UHGV virus genome: UHGV-0020019
DNA: 64,000 bases
Reading direction: 5' to 3' (one strand)
Source: a virus
A program made the position numbers and the translations under genes. Shown in pieces: positions 18,801-27,263 of this stretch (position 1 is its first letter; each line of letters begins with the position of its first letter). A model generated the notes under the pieces. It saw only the letters and a list, made by a program, of their open reading frames with translations, had not been told where the DNA came from and ran no database searches.

Positions 18801-20658
18801 GAAAAAGCTATTTTCCCCATTTACTGACCAAATAGAAGGAGTAGACCCTGTAAGAATAAAATATAAATCTACACCTCATGCAGTATTAGCTTTAAATTAT
18901 ACTACTGGTGGAGCACAGAGAATATTGCCTACTATTAGAGATGGTGTATCTGCAATAAATGGTAGTAGTACAACTAATAAGAGTCAACATTTCTTTTGGT
19001 CTAAGGAAACTAACTCTGTATCACAAGATGTTATTGATAGTCCATTGGGACCTGTACTTGATGTTCCTACTTTCCAATATGGATGGTTATGGTTAGGAGA
19101 ATTATATAATCCTAATGTACAAAATAGATTTGGTGGACAGACAGAAGAGTCCTTTGAGAATAATGTATGGCTACCTTGTGGAGACCCTATTTCTCTTGTA
19201 GATACTAACAATGGAGTTAAGAGCAGTGTTACTATCAGGTGGAAAGAAGGAGATACCTATTTTCAAAGATACGACCATATTAAGACTTATCCTTTCACTC
19301 TTGAAGACCAGAATGCAGTAACTGATATTATATCATTTATGTGTGAGACACATGTTAACCTTGATGGCAGGTATGATAGAAATAGAGGACAATTAAGTAA
19401 TTTTGCAATTACACCTGCAAACTTCAATCTTATTAATGATGTGTATACTCAGCAAGATAATTTCTTCAATTATAGGATACTTGATGAAGACACCTACAAG
19501 AGTACATTATTTCCAAATACAGTCACTTGGACTAAGACCAAGGAGAATGGAGCAGATGTAGACTTATGGACAAACATCACTATGGCAAATACTTTGGAGA
19601 TGGATGGAGATAAGGGTAAAGTTAGTAAAATCTGTAGATTTAATAACCAGTTGCTTTCATTTCAAGATAGGGGTATAGCACAGATACTCTATAATGAGAA
19701 TACACAAATTTCTACCACAGAAGGAGTACCTATTGAGATTGCAAATTCACAGAAGGTTCAAGGTAAGAGGTACCTTTCTGATACAATAGGATGTTCCAAT
19801 AAGTGGTCAATGACACAAACTCCAAATGGTATTTACTTCATGGATAATAATGAGAAGAGTATCTATCTTTTCAATGGTCAGCTGAATAATCTTAGTACAG
19901 TAAGAGGCTTCAACTCTTGGGCAAAGCAGAATATTCCATCAGTAGATACTTTGTGGTCTCCTGATAAGTTTGATAGCTTTGTTACTTATTATGATAAGTT
20001 GAATCAAGATGTATTGTTTATAAACAAGAATACAGCATTAGCTTACTCAGAGAAGTTCAATTGTTTTACGTCTTTCTATGACTATGGTATGGTACCTTAC
20101 TTTGAGTATTTGGATGATATAGGTATTTGGATTAAAGATAATAACTTGTGGCAACATCAAGCAGGAGAATATTGTAACTTCTTTAATGAGAATAAACCTT
20201 TCTCTATGACTTTAATAGGCAATCAAGAACCATTAATGGATAAGACATTCACTAATTTGGAGTTTAGAGCTTGTGTAGAAAATGAAGGAATATATGATAA
20301 AAGTACTGATAAGTTTACTCCAACTCTACCATTTGATACCTTAGAAGTATGGAATGAATATCAGCATGGTATTCTAAGTTTTCATAACAGAGTAAAAGGA
20401 GAAAGCTTTACTCATGGTAATGATAGAGGTATTCTTTCAAGGAAGTTCAGAATGTGGAGGTGTGATATTCCAAGGGATAATGCTGATATTAATCCTAGAA
20501 TAGAAGCTCCTATGGGAATTAAGAGGTTCAATGTAAGACCTCTTGATAGAATAAGAAATCCATGGGCATATATAAAACTTACAAAGAATGCAGCAGCAGA
20601 AAAGTCTTTTCTCAATAAGACTGAAACACATGACATCATGGCTACATATTTTGTATAA
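15835..20658 (+). CDS. large tail protein (1607 aa; tail tube/hub/stabilisation-type, beta-rich)
   Basis: Very long, beta-rich, Asn/Thr/Tyr/Trp-rich protein immediately after the connector-size genes. Comparable in size to crAss-like and podovirus tail barrel or hub proteins. Confidence 0.5.
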   Translation: MAKKYINWKTKGMNRDMSVSAFNPEFAFENVNLRLSTNEGNTTMSWVNEKGTRKMLLHIDVSTWFPEEGFHFTILGTPVGTAVLNHKLVIFSTDNDVNSYIYVLEKPKNKSYNLEGKLLYWGNLGFNTEYPLETLVSYESENIQKVYWTDGLNQPRMINIAGNIQTGNDNQFDFIPKLQLKESIQVTKLLGSGEFSPGVIQYAFTYYNKYGQESNIFYTTPLYYISYNDRGASPEGKVSNSFEIKIANADKNFDYIRVYSIHRTSINATPEVRKVIDLVPSTVSSRRAYTSYEIDLPADKMTMWKWKTGAEKTLDQYTPSDSGSNSKSWIFSTNEYMSINFGRGYLTWPLLANTSFIITVTNGNKASMKLVNGMSMTGVTSESMATYIDNGLSGDTVDPTELLYKGGEEVIFGTMDQKDNTLFLGNIKLKRSSIDDTIRNYFKEKDINFEVNDYKSLNSPEAKGYYPYTNQLKSNSYLFKTFKYLEWYRFGIQAQHYTGKWSEPIWINDAQNTAHIDTTFYEEGSIKLPTAYFTLNDTTIINKLLDDGYIRIRPVVVYPTINDREVICQGILCPTVYNVSDRYSNAPFVQSSWFVRPNVPFDVGNSLSTDHQYTNGRIGDWRPLSNPTIEKEVDLYSRAGILYNGPSTQEERDNDIKNNIDVVNKGVRLEFRHNKPIPSNEQRNAEIQCIYNPPESPFINNKTNDNNVTALNWVNDNGENYYIDQSILTFHSPDIEFDTATRSLDTSNLQLRIVGMVPMTSFVGDIDIQTSTPVNNFKGSDETPRGFYKEPIGVENSFSYTENNGKLCFVEDSHFGYRSLSAGVFWLDEITGLKPNNSKKASTGFVVYPWHRNGSLNNTKFAKDGYKSAMLDKKKLSNMRYSYKPYYFSATKIWNAYENGNITKTGISGVSIFDSDEISLVKLPAPKNSDLSELNYYGNVDKLLTITRVGDKKDGYPIITTGAATILDNENELADDSTSIHRTFSHNVWKKLFSPFTDQIEGVDPVRIKYKSTPHAVLALNYTTGGAQRILPTIRDGVSAINGSSTTNKSQHFFWSKETNSVSQDVIDSPLGPVLDVPTFQYGWLWLGELYNPNVQNRFGGQTEESFENNVWLPCGDPISLVDTNNGVKSSVTIRWKEGDTYFQRYDHIKTYPFTLEDQNAVTDIISFMCETHVNLDGRYDRNRGQLSNFAITPANFNLINDVYTQQDNFFNYRILDEDTYKSTLFPNTVTWTKTKENGADVDLWTNITMANTLEMDGDKGKVSKICRFNNQLLSFQDRGIAQILYNENTQISTTEGVPIEIANSQKVQGKRYLSDTIGCSNKWSMTQTPNGIYFMDNNEKSIYLFNGQLNNLSTVRGFNSWAKQNIPSVDTLWSPDKFDSFVTYYDKLNQDVLFINKNTALAYSEKFNCFTSFYDYGMVPYFEYLDDIGIWIKDNNLWQHQAGEYCNFFNENKPFSMTLIGNQEPLMDKTFTNLEFRACVENEGIYDKSTDKFTPTLPFDTLEVWNEYQHGILSFHNRVKGESFTHGNDRGILSRKFRMWRCDIPRDNADINPRIEAPMGIKRFNVRPLDRIRNPWAYIKLTKNAAAEKSFLNKTETHDIMATYFV

Positions 20659-20746
20659 TAACTATAATAGGTAAGGGAGTCTTAATGATTTTCTTACCTA
20701 TTTTTATTACAGGAGTAAGAGTATAAGTGTGATATTAATAATATAT

Positions 20747-20754
20747 TATCTTTG
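20747..20754 (+). promoter_or_regulatory. Bacteroidetes-type -7 element 'tatctttg' followed by 'caataaaatg'
   Basis: Exact TAnnTTTG 19 nt upstream of the ATG at 20773. The 'TTTGCAATAAA' context matches 5077 and 42193. Confidence 0.4.
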
Positions 20755-20772
20755 CAATAAAATGTTACTTAG

Positions 20773-23700
20773 ATGAGAAAGAAAAATAAATTATATATAG
20801 CAACTAAGTGGAATAAACCTTTGTTTGCTCAAGGTATAGATAGAGAACATCAGAATATCTTTGATGGTCTTTTCTCTAGTACCTTAAATACACCAACCTC
20901 TCTTAGTACACCAGGACTACTTAGTGGAAATGCATCAGGGTTTAATATTCAGGCTCCACAATTATCTAAGTCTAATGTCTCTATGCCTATTAACTGGGGT
21001 GATGGTCTACAAAGTAAGTTAGCTGTACAAGAATCACAGAACTTAGTTAATGGCTTTAGTGCTGAAGCTGCTAAGAATAATCCTTTTAGTAAGTTTGGCA
21101 AGCCTGGACTTAGTGATCTTGCTAAAGCAGGCATTAGTGTTGGAGGCTCTATTGTAGGAACATTAGGTAATAACCTCATTAGTGGTGGTTTAAGTTCTGG
21201 GGTAGGTAATGCTATAGGTTCCATAGGAGGTACTGTAGGTGGAGCACTTAGTGCAGTAAATCCTGTAGTAGGAGGTATTGTATCAGCAGCCTCTGGTATT
21301 GTTGGAGGATTAACAAATAGAGTTTTTGGTTCTAAATTAAATAAAGAAAAGATTGCTGAGGTTGAAGGAAGCAACAAAGCACTCAATACTGTTATGGTAG
21401 ATAACAGTAGTACTGACTCTGTAGAAACCCAATGGGCTAATCAGGATTTTGGTGCTGATTTTTCTAAGTCAGATATTGGTAAAGATGGTTGGTTTAGTAG
21501 TAAAGCTAAGAAGAAATATAGACAATTAAAACTACAACAAGATATTGCAAGAAATAGAGCATTAACTTCATTTGAAGATGCTGCAAGTGCAGCAGATACT
21601 CAGTCAGACCTTAATGCTATGGCAAACTTTGCAGCCTTTGGCGGACCTTTAAGTATAACAGATAATAATGATAATATGGGAGCAATAGATTATGGCTTTA
21701 TGTCTGACTATCTTATCTCAAAGAATAAGTCAGCAGAAGCTAAGAATAAAATACCTATCAATATATTTGGTAACTTAGCAAATACTTCGCTCTTTGCTCT
21801 TGGTGGAGGTATTCATATTAAGAAAAGTCATAGGGGATTATTTACTAAAGAGGCTAAAGAACATGATATGGGAGTACAGGAGTTTGCTTCCCATGTATTA
21901 GCTAATAAAGATAAGTATTCTCCAGAGGTAGTAAAAAGAGCAAACTTTGCTAGGAACAGTACTAAATTTGCTTTAGGTGGAGATATGCAGACAAATGGTT
22001 CTGACTTCAGTGATGGTCTTCAAGTTATCTCAGCAGGTGGCTCACATGAGAATAATCCTTATGATGGTGTACAATTAGGTATTGATGCCCAAGGGAAACC
22101 TAATCTTGTAGAAGAAGGGGAGACAATATTTGATGATTATGTCTTCTCTAAGAGAATTAAGACTGATGCTCAAACAAAGAAAAAATTTCATGTAGGCAAG
22201 AATGCTAATATTAGTTATGCAGATTTATCTAAGAAGTTAGAAAAGGAAAGTGCTGAAAGACCTAATGATGCCATTTCATTAGCAGGCTTAGAGAAACAGA
22301 TGCATGACCTTGCAGATGAGCAGGAAAGACAGAAATCTGAAATGCAGGCAAAGGAAGCTCAAGAAGTATTTGCCTCTCTCCCTCCAGAACAACAGAGGGC
22401 TATTATGCAACAGGTAGCAATGGAAGAACAGCAGGCACAACAGCAGCAAATGGAACAACCAACAGAGGAAGTCCCTCAGCAAGTAGAGCAACAAAGTGTA
22501 AATGAACAGATGATGCAGCAACCTGTAGAACAGACAACAGAAGAACCTCAGATGAATGCTTGTGGTGGTAGGATAAATAAGTATGATAAAGGTGGAGATA
22601 TGAAGAAAAAGATATATAATGCTCTTGGCTTATATACAGATAGTGATTTTGATAAATGGGCATCAGATAAAAAAGTAGATAAGATTACAGATTGGGAGAA
22701 TATTCTGAATAATAAGCAGTTTATGAATGCTTTGAGTGATGTTAATCCTATATTATCTGATGCTATCTCTAGAGGCTATGACTTTGGTTCTTATGTACCT
22801 AAAGCAAATAATGAGCTAACCTTTGACTTTACTCATGGAGGATGGGGTAAAGAAGACTATGATTCTTGGAATGGAAGTACTGATGCTGCATGGAAAGAGG
22901 CTGTAAAGAAAGGTCTTGTAAAGAAGGGTATGAACTCTGAGGAAATAGGCAAAGCTTTATCCCAGACTGATGCTTATAGAAGAGGTTCTGATTGGTTGAA
23001 AGCTGATGAGAATAATAGACTTAACTATCTACAACAGATTCTTAATAGTCAGGATGCACCTCAGGCAGCAAGAGATTATGCAGCTAAGTATGTAGATGCT
23101 AATGGATGGCTAAAGGATGTCAAGAGAGATTATCAAGCTATCTTTGAAGACCCAAATGGTAATGGTGTTAGAAATACTCATCCAGGAACTTATTGGAAGA
23201 CACCTAATGAAGTTCTAAGAAGTAAACAGACAGGTAACTATGTAGTAAATGATGATGGAACTATAGAGGAGATTATAGGAGATGTACCTAAAGACTGGAA
23301 TGGTGCAGGAAGTTATAGTTGGGCAGATGCTAATAGTGATTATGTGTATAATTACTATAAGAGACCAACAGATGTAGTAGCTACTCCTGATAAAGCAAAA
23401 GAGGATGTAAAGGAGGAAGAATATGAGCCTATACATAAGAATGAAAAACTGAGATATGCTGGATTATTTGGTCCTTTAGTAGGTCTTGGCATGCAGGCTA
23501 TGGGTATAGGCAAGCCAGATTATTCAAGGATGGATGCTGCTGTGGAAGCTGCAAGTGGTTCCCCTGCTTTAGCTAATTATAAACCTATAGGTAATTACTT
23601 GCAATATAAACCTATGGATATATGGTATGAGCAGAATAGGATGAATGCAAACAGTAGAGCTACAGATAGAGCTATTCTCAATAATGCTTCGCCTATAGGA

Positions 23701-24168
23701 ACTAAGATGGCTGGACTTCTTGCTAATGGCTATAATAGTCAGATAGCAAGTGGAGACCTTTATAGAAAGGCTCTTGAATATAATGATGCTAAGAAGCAGA
23801 AGGTAGCTGAGTTTAATAGAGGCACAGATATGTATAATGCTGATGCCTTTGCAAAAACCTCTGCAACTAATGCTGAGATTGCTAACAGGCAAAGACAGTT
23901 TAAAGCACAGATGCAGATGGATGCTGCAAGACAGAGAATGGCTGCTGATGCTGCTTGGAATCAAGGTATCTATGGTAATGTTTCTGGTTTATTCAAAGGT
24001 ATCAGTGATTTAGGACGTGAGAATGCTCAGCATAATATGATAGCTGATATGGCTGCTGATGGTATTTTTGGTGTAATGTCCCCTAAGAGTAATACTGGTA
24101 AGAGAGTAGTTACAACAAAGAAATCTTGTGGAGGTAAGATTAAAAGAAAAAGAGGTTTAACATTTTAA
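20773..24168 (+). CDS. large Gly-rich / Gln-rich structural protein (1131 aa; tape-measure, ejection or needle-like)
   Basis: N-terminal Gly-rich hydrophobic repeats 'GGLSSGVGNAIGSIGGTVGGALSAVNPVVGGIVSAASGIVGG'. Q/E-rich low-complexity segment 'EEQQAQQQQMEQPTEEVPQQVEQQ'. Helical C-terminus. Confidence 0.45.
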   Translation: MRKKNKLYIATKWNKPLFAQGIDREHQNIFDGLFSSTLNTPTSLSTPGLLSGNASGFNIQAPQLSKSNVSMPINWGDGLQSKLAVQESQNLVNGFSAEAAKNNPFSKFGKPGLSDLAKAGISVGGSIVGTLGNNLISGGLSSGVGNAIGSIGGTVGGALSAVNPVVGGIVSAASGIVGGLTNRVFGSKLNKEKIAEVEGSNKALNTVMVDNSSTDSVETQWANQDFGADFSKSDIGKDGWFSSKAKKKYRQLKLQQDIARNRALTSFEDAASAADTQSDLNAMANFAAFGGPLSITDNNDNMGAIDYGFMSDYLISKNKSAEAKNKIPINIFGNLANTSLFALGGGIHIKKSHRGLFTKEAKEHDMGVQEFASHVLANKDKYSPEVVKRANFARNSTKFALGGDMQTNGSDFSDGLQVISAGGSHENNPYDGVQLGIDAQGKPNLVEEGETIFDDYVFSKRIKTDAQTKKKFHVGKNANISYADLSKKLEKESAERPNDAISLAGLEKQMHDLADEQERQKSEMQAKEAQEVFASLPPEQQRAIMQQVAMEEQQAQQQQMEQPTEEVPQQVEQQSVNEQMMQQPVEQTTEEPQMNACGGRINKYDKGGDMKKKIYNALGLYTDSDFDKWASDKKVDKITDWENILNNKQFMNALSDVNPILSDAISRGYDFGSYVPKANNELTFDFTHGGWGKEDYDSWNGSTDAAWKEAVKKGLVKKGMNSEEIGKALSQTDAYRRGSDWLKADENNRLNYLQQILNSQDAPQAARDYAAKYVDANGWLKDVKRDYQAIFEDPNGNGVRNTHPGTYWKTPNEVLRSKQTGNYVVNDDGTIEEIIGDVPKDWNGAGSYSWADANSDYVYNYYKRPTDVVATPDKAKEDVKEEEYEPIHKNEKLRYAGLFGPLVGLGMQAMGIGKPDYSRMDAAVEAASGSPALANYKPIGNYLQYKPMDIWYEQNRMNANSRATDRAILNNASPIGTKMAGLLANGYNSQIASGDLYRKALEYNDAKKQKVAEFNRGTDMYNADAFAKTSATNAEIANRQRQFKAQMQMDAARQRMAADAAWNQGIYGNVSGLFKGISDLGRENAQHNMIADMAADGIFGVMSPKSNTGKRVVTTKKSCGGKIKRKRGLTF

Positions 24169-24180
24169 AGAGTAGAAGAT

Positions 24181-25578
24181 ATGCCAAGTGGAAATTTTAG
24201 TTATGTAATTGACTCGTCTTTTCAACCCTTCTCTATGCAGGAAATGCTTGTACCATTCTCTGCATATAAGGATGCTTATGAAAAAAGTGAGGAACAATAC
24301 AACGATTTATCAGATAAATCAGATAAGTTCAAATACCTTAGTGAGACACTTCCTGAAGGAAGTAAGGCTAGGAAACTATATGAGGGCTATGCTAATGACT
24401 TAGCTAAACAGGCAGAAGACTTAGCACATAATGGTTTGTCTATGTCTAATAGAAGAGCATTGACTTCCTTAAGGAGAAGATACCAAGGAGAAATAGGTAG
24501 ATTACTCCAGGCAGATGAAGCTATGAGGGAAGAGAAGAAACTAAGAAGAAGTTTGAGCGCTCAAGATTCCTCTATGCTTTATGCTATAGATAATCTTGAT
24601 ATTGATTCCTTCTTGGATGGAGAAACCCCTAACCTTTATAACATTAGTGGTAATGAACTTTATACCAGAGGAGCAGCAGCAGGTAAAGCTGCTTCTTCTA
24701 GGGTATTCTCTGCTGGGGATGCTGGTAGCACATTGAATGGTTATTATAGAGATTATGTACAGAAGATGGGATATAGTAGAGATACCATTCAGAAGTTCTA
24801 TAAAGATATGTCTACAATTCCAGAGTTACAGATGGCAGCAGATGCTATCCTTGAAGAAAGAGGAGTTAATCAGAATCTTACAGGATATAATCTTCAAAGG
24901 GCTAGACAGAGTGTTATTAATGGCATGATTGATGGTGCTATCTATCAAGAAAATCATAATCCTCAGAGAGACCTTGGAGTACTTACTGAAACAGAAAAGC
25001 AGCAGATGGATCTTACTAGGAGAGGACAGAATATCAGTCTTGCTTCACAAGGTCTTACCTATGATGAAAAAACTGGTACTATTTCTTATGACTCTACTAA
25101 GGATCCTTCATTACAGAAAGCCTCTGCTATTGCACAAGCTAAAGCTGCTGCATCAGGAAAGAAAACTGGCAGTGGTACAGCCTATGATGTAAGAAATAAA
25201 AAGATAACAATGATAGGCGCTAAGACTGGTACTAAGTATAAAGATACTAATGATGAAAATGGTATTGGTGCTCCTTTGGAAGACTTAAGTGGAGCTAGAG
25301 CATTATCATCACAAGAGTATAATCAGTTAGTTGATGCTAATGGTAATATCACTAATGAACATCTTAGAAGTGCTATTGGCAATGGTAATCTATCAGATTA
25401 TGAAATCTATGTAGTTCCAGCTGGTACTTCAAAGATTGATGGCTCTGGTACTATATGGGATGATTCAACTACAGAGGATGTCTATATTGCTATTCCTCGT
25501 GAATCAAAGAGAGCTGCTACAAATTCAGAAAGTTCTGTAAATACAGGTTCTAGTGGAGATAATGATATTCCAAAATAA
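24181..25578 (+). CDS. hypothetical structural protein (465 aa)
   Basis: Starts 13 nt after the upstream stop, in the late operon. Confidence 0.4.
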   Translation: MPSGNFSYVIDSSFQPFSMQEMLVPFSAYKDAYEKSEEQYNDLSDKSDKFKYLSETLPEGSKARKLYEGYANDLAKQAEDLAHNGLSMSNRRALTSLRRRYQGEIGRLLQADEAMREEKKLRRSLSAQDSSMLYAIDNLDIDSFLDGETPNLYNISGNELYTRGAAAGKAASSRVFSAGDAGSTLNGYYRDYVQKMGYSRDTIQKFYKDMSTIPELQMAADAILEERGVNQNLTGYNLQRARQSVINGMIDGAIYQENHNPQRDLGVLTETEKQQMDLTRRGQNISLASQGLTYDEKTGTISYDSTKDPSLQKASAIAQAKAAASGKKTGSGTAYDVRNKKITMIGAKTGTKYKDTNDENGIGAPLEDLSGARALSSQEYNQLVDANGNITNEHLRSAIGNGNLSDYEIYVVPAGTSKIDGSGTIWDDSTTEDVYIAIPRESKRAATNSESSVNTGSSGDNDIPK

Positions 25579-25636
25579 CTCTATGAGAATATAAAAGAGA
25601 GAGTATGATTGAATAGTACTCTCTCCTTTTTATATA

Positions 25637-26479
25637 CTATAATCCTAAATCAACAATTTCCCAATCATCTATATGATCATAGAGTATGTACTTTCCTGAA
25701 TTAGTAAGACCCACCTTTAGTTCCTTTTTTCTTTTAGAAATCTCAGCAGGAGTGAGTGCTCCTAGTTGGGAATGAAATCCAACATAATCATAAGTACCAT
25801 CCTTTTTAATGAACATACATGATTTAAATTCTTCTCCAGTATTTGAATTTACAAAGGTTCCAACTTGCATTTTTACATAGTTTTTGGAAAATTCTAAGAA
25901 AGACCAACTTTGAAGAATAGATGTGTTAGTTTCTTCTGTAGACTTCTCTTCAACAACATTATCAAATCTATAGTTATATTTCCCTTTAGCTATAGCATAA
26001 ATATCTTCTTGAGAAAAACCAACATCCTTTAAGATTTTTGTGAAGGTATAATTAATAAATATATTATCCTCTCCTAAATCAATGAGTTCTTTACAAGTGC
26101 AGATGAATTGAATGAATGGGTCATCCTTCTGAATAGTCTTCATAACATCAATATATTTCTTCCTATTTAACCAAGATAGGTGATATATACAATAAGTTAG
26201 ATGTTCATCTTTAAGTCCAAGTAATTGCATGAACTTAATGAGTACTTGTTTAGCTTCTTGCCTATTATTTGGTATGTTGTCTATAGTATAGAGAGATGCA
26301 GCAGCATTAAGTAAAGCACACTTCTGTTCTACTAATAGAGAGTTTATTTCCCAATCTTTACTTTTATCATACAAAGAGTTATATACTTCTTGAACCTTAT
26401 CTTCATCAATATTTATATTTAACTCTTGGAGCTTATTGTTAAGAATTTCCCTTGCTGTCTTAAATTGTTCTGATTCCAT
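25637..26479 (-). CDS. hypothetical protein (280 aa); the C-terminal ~90 aa is paralogous to the C-terminus of the ORF at 48349-49131
   Basis: Lone minus-strand gene inside the + strand operon. 'SILQSWSFLEFSKNYVKMQVGTFVNSNTGEEFKSCMFIKKDGT..VGFHSQLG..T..E......EL.VGLTNSGKYILY' matches 'SLQTWTLDEFINEFGPKMQVKEFANSKTGDLFKSCVFTKGKTRTFVAFSSKLG...ELIILKVQNGKYKL'. Confidence 0.5.
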   Translation of the reverse strand: MESEQFKTAREILNNKLQELNINIDEDKVQEVYNSLYDKSKDWEINSLLVEQKCALLNAAASLYTIDNIPNNRQEAKQVLIKFMQLLGLKDEHLTYCIYHLSWLNRKKYIDVMKTIQKDDPFIQFICTCKELIDLGEDNIFINYTFTKILKDVGFSQEDIYAIAKGKYNYRFDNVVEEKSTEETNTSILQSWSFLEFSKNYVKMQVGTFVNSNTGEEFKSCMFIKKDGTYDYVGFHSQLGALTPAEISKRKKELKVGLTNSGKYILYDHIDDWEIVDLGL

Positions 26480-26612
26480 AATCTTAAATATTGAAAATGC
26501 TTATTAGAAGAACGTTAAATCTAATAGGATATTGCTTTTGATTTATCTTTTTGTTTGCTTTAACTTTCCTAAGGGAATTTATAAGGTATAAGTAGAGTAC
26601 ACTCAATATATG

Positions 26613-26620
26613 TATCTTTG
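26613..26620 (+). promoter_or_regulatory. Bacteroidetes-type -7 element 'tatctttg' followed by 'tgcaaaaataa'
   Basis: Exact TAnnTTTG 22 nt upstream of the ATG at 26642. Confidence 0.4.
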
Positions 26621-26641
26621 TGCAAAAATAATAGATAAGTT

Positions 26642-27184
26642 ATGAGTAAAGAGAAATATATAGGAAATGCTCCACTTAATGAAAAGGCTAGAAAGCCCTA
26701 CCACTTAGTAATTAAAGATGGGGCTATAAATTTCTCTAAGTTGGATGCTGAATTACAAAGTATTATTACTAATGCTAAAGGTAATATAAATACCATAGAT
26801 ATTACTAAAGACACTAAAGTTTTAGATTTTGGTTTGTCGTCTGACAATTCTTCTATTGATAATTGGAATACTTACCAAGATGTTGCAGAAGGTATGTTTA
26901 TACTTGTTGACAACAAATATGGTCAAGGGCAAAGCATTGGTGTATTGTTGCAATATAAAGATAATATGAATTATGCGCTTAACCAGGTTGTGATATCAAT
27001 CTGCAAATTGTCTCCCACCGAAGAGAACTTTAGTTCGCATCAAGATGAAATAATGTTCTTTAAGTGTCGCTCATGGAACACTTTAACATCCCCAGAACAT
27101 GCAGGAGCAAAAAACACCTGGAGCGAGTGGCATGATATTAATGAGAGAATTACGGATGACCAGATTAATGAACTTTTTAATTAA
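26642..27184 (+). CDS. hypothetical fibre-region protein (180 aa) ending in the shared tag 'RITDDQINELFN'
   Basis: GC-richer codon usage than surrounding genes. Its last 12 aa are nearly identical to the last 12 aa of the 376-aa fibre protein ('RITEDEIQALFN'). Confidence 0.45.
   Translation: MSKEKYIGNAPLNEKARKPYHLVIKDGAINFSKLDAELQSIITNAKGNINTIDITKDTKVLDFGLSSDNSSIDNWNTYQDVAEGMFILVDNKYGQGQSIGVLLQYKDNMNYALNQVVISICKLSPTEENFSSHQDEIMFFKCRSWNTLTSPEHAGAKNTWSEWHDINERITDDQINELFN
27146..27181 (+). other. conserved C-terminal dodecapeptide tag 'RITDDQINELFN' (copy 1 of 2)
   Basis: Copy 2, 'RITEDEIQALFN', ends the 376-aa fibre protein at 29646-29681. The rest of the two proteins is unrelated. Confidence 0.45.
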
Positions 27185-27263
27185 AAACGTACAGTGTTCT
27201 TAAAAATAATTATGAACACCTACCTATACTTTTTTATTTTTAATTAATTTTATATGAGATTAT

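Noticed and set aside
15835-20658. YWTD/LDL-receptor-type beta-propeller in the 1607-aa tail protein ('KVYWTDGLNQPRMINI')
   Set aside because: There is a single occurrence without the 6-fold repeat periodicity. It is probably a chance match within a beta-rich tail protein.
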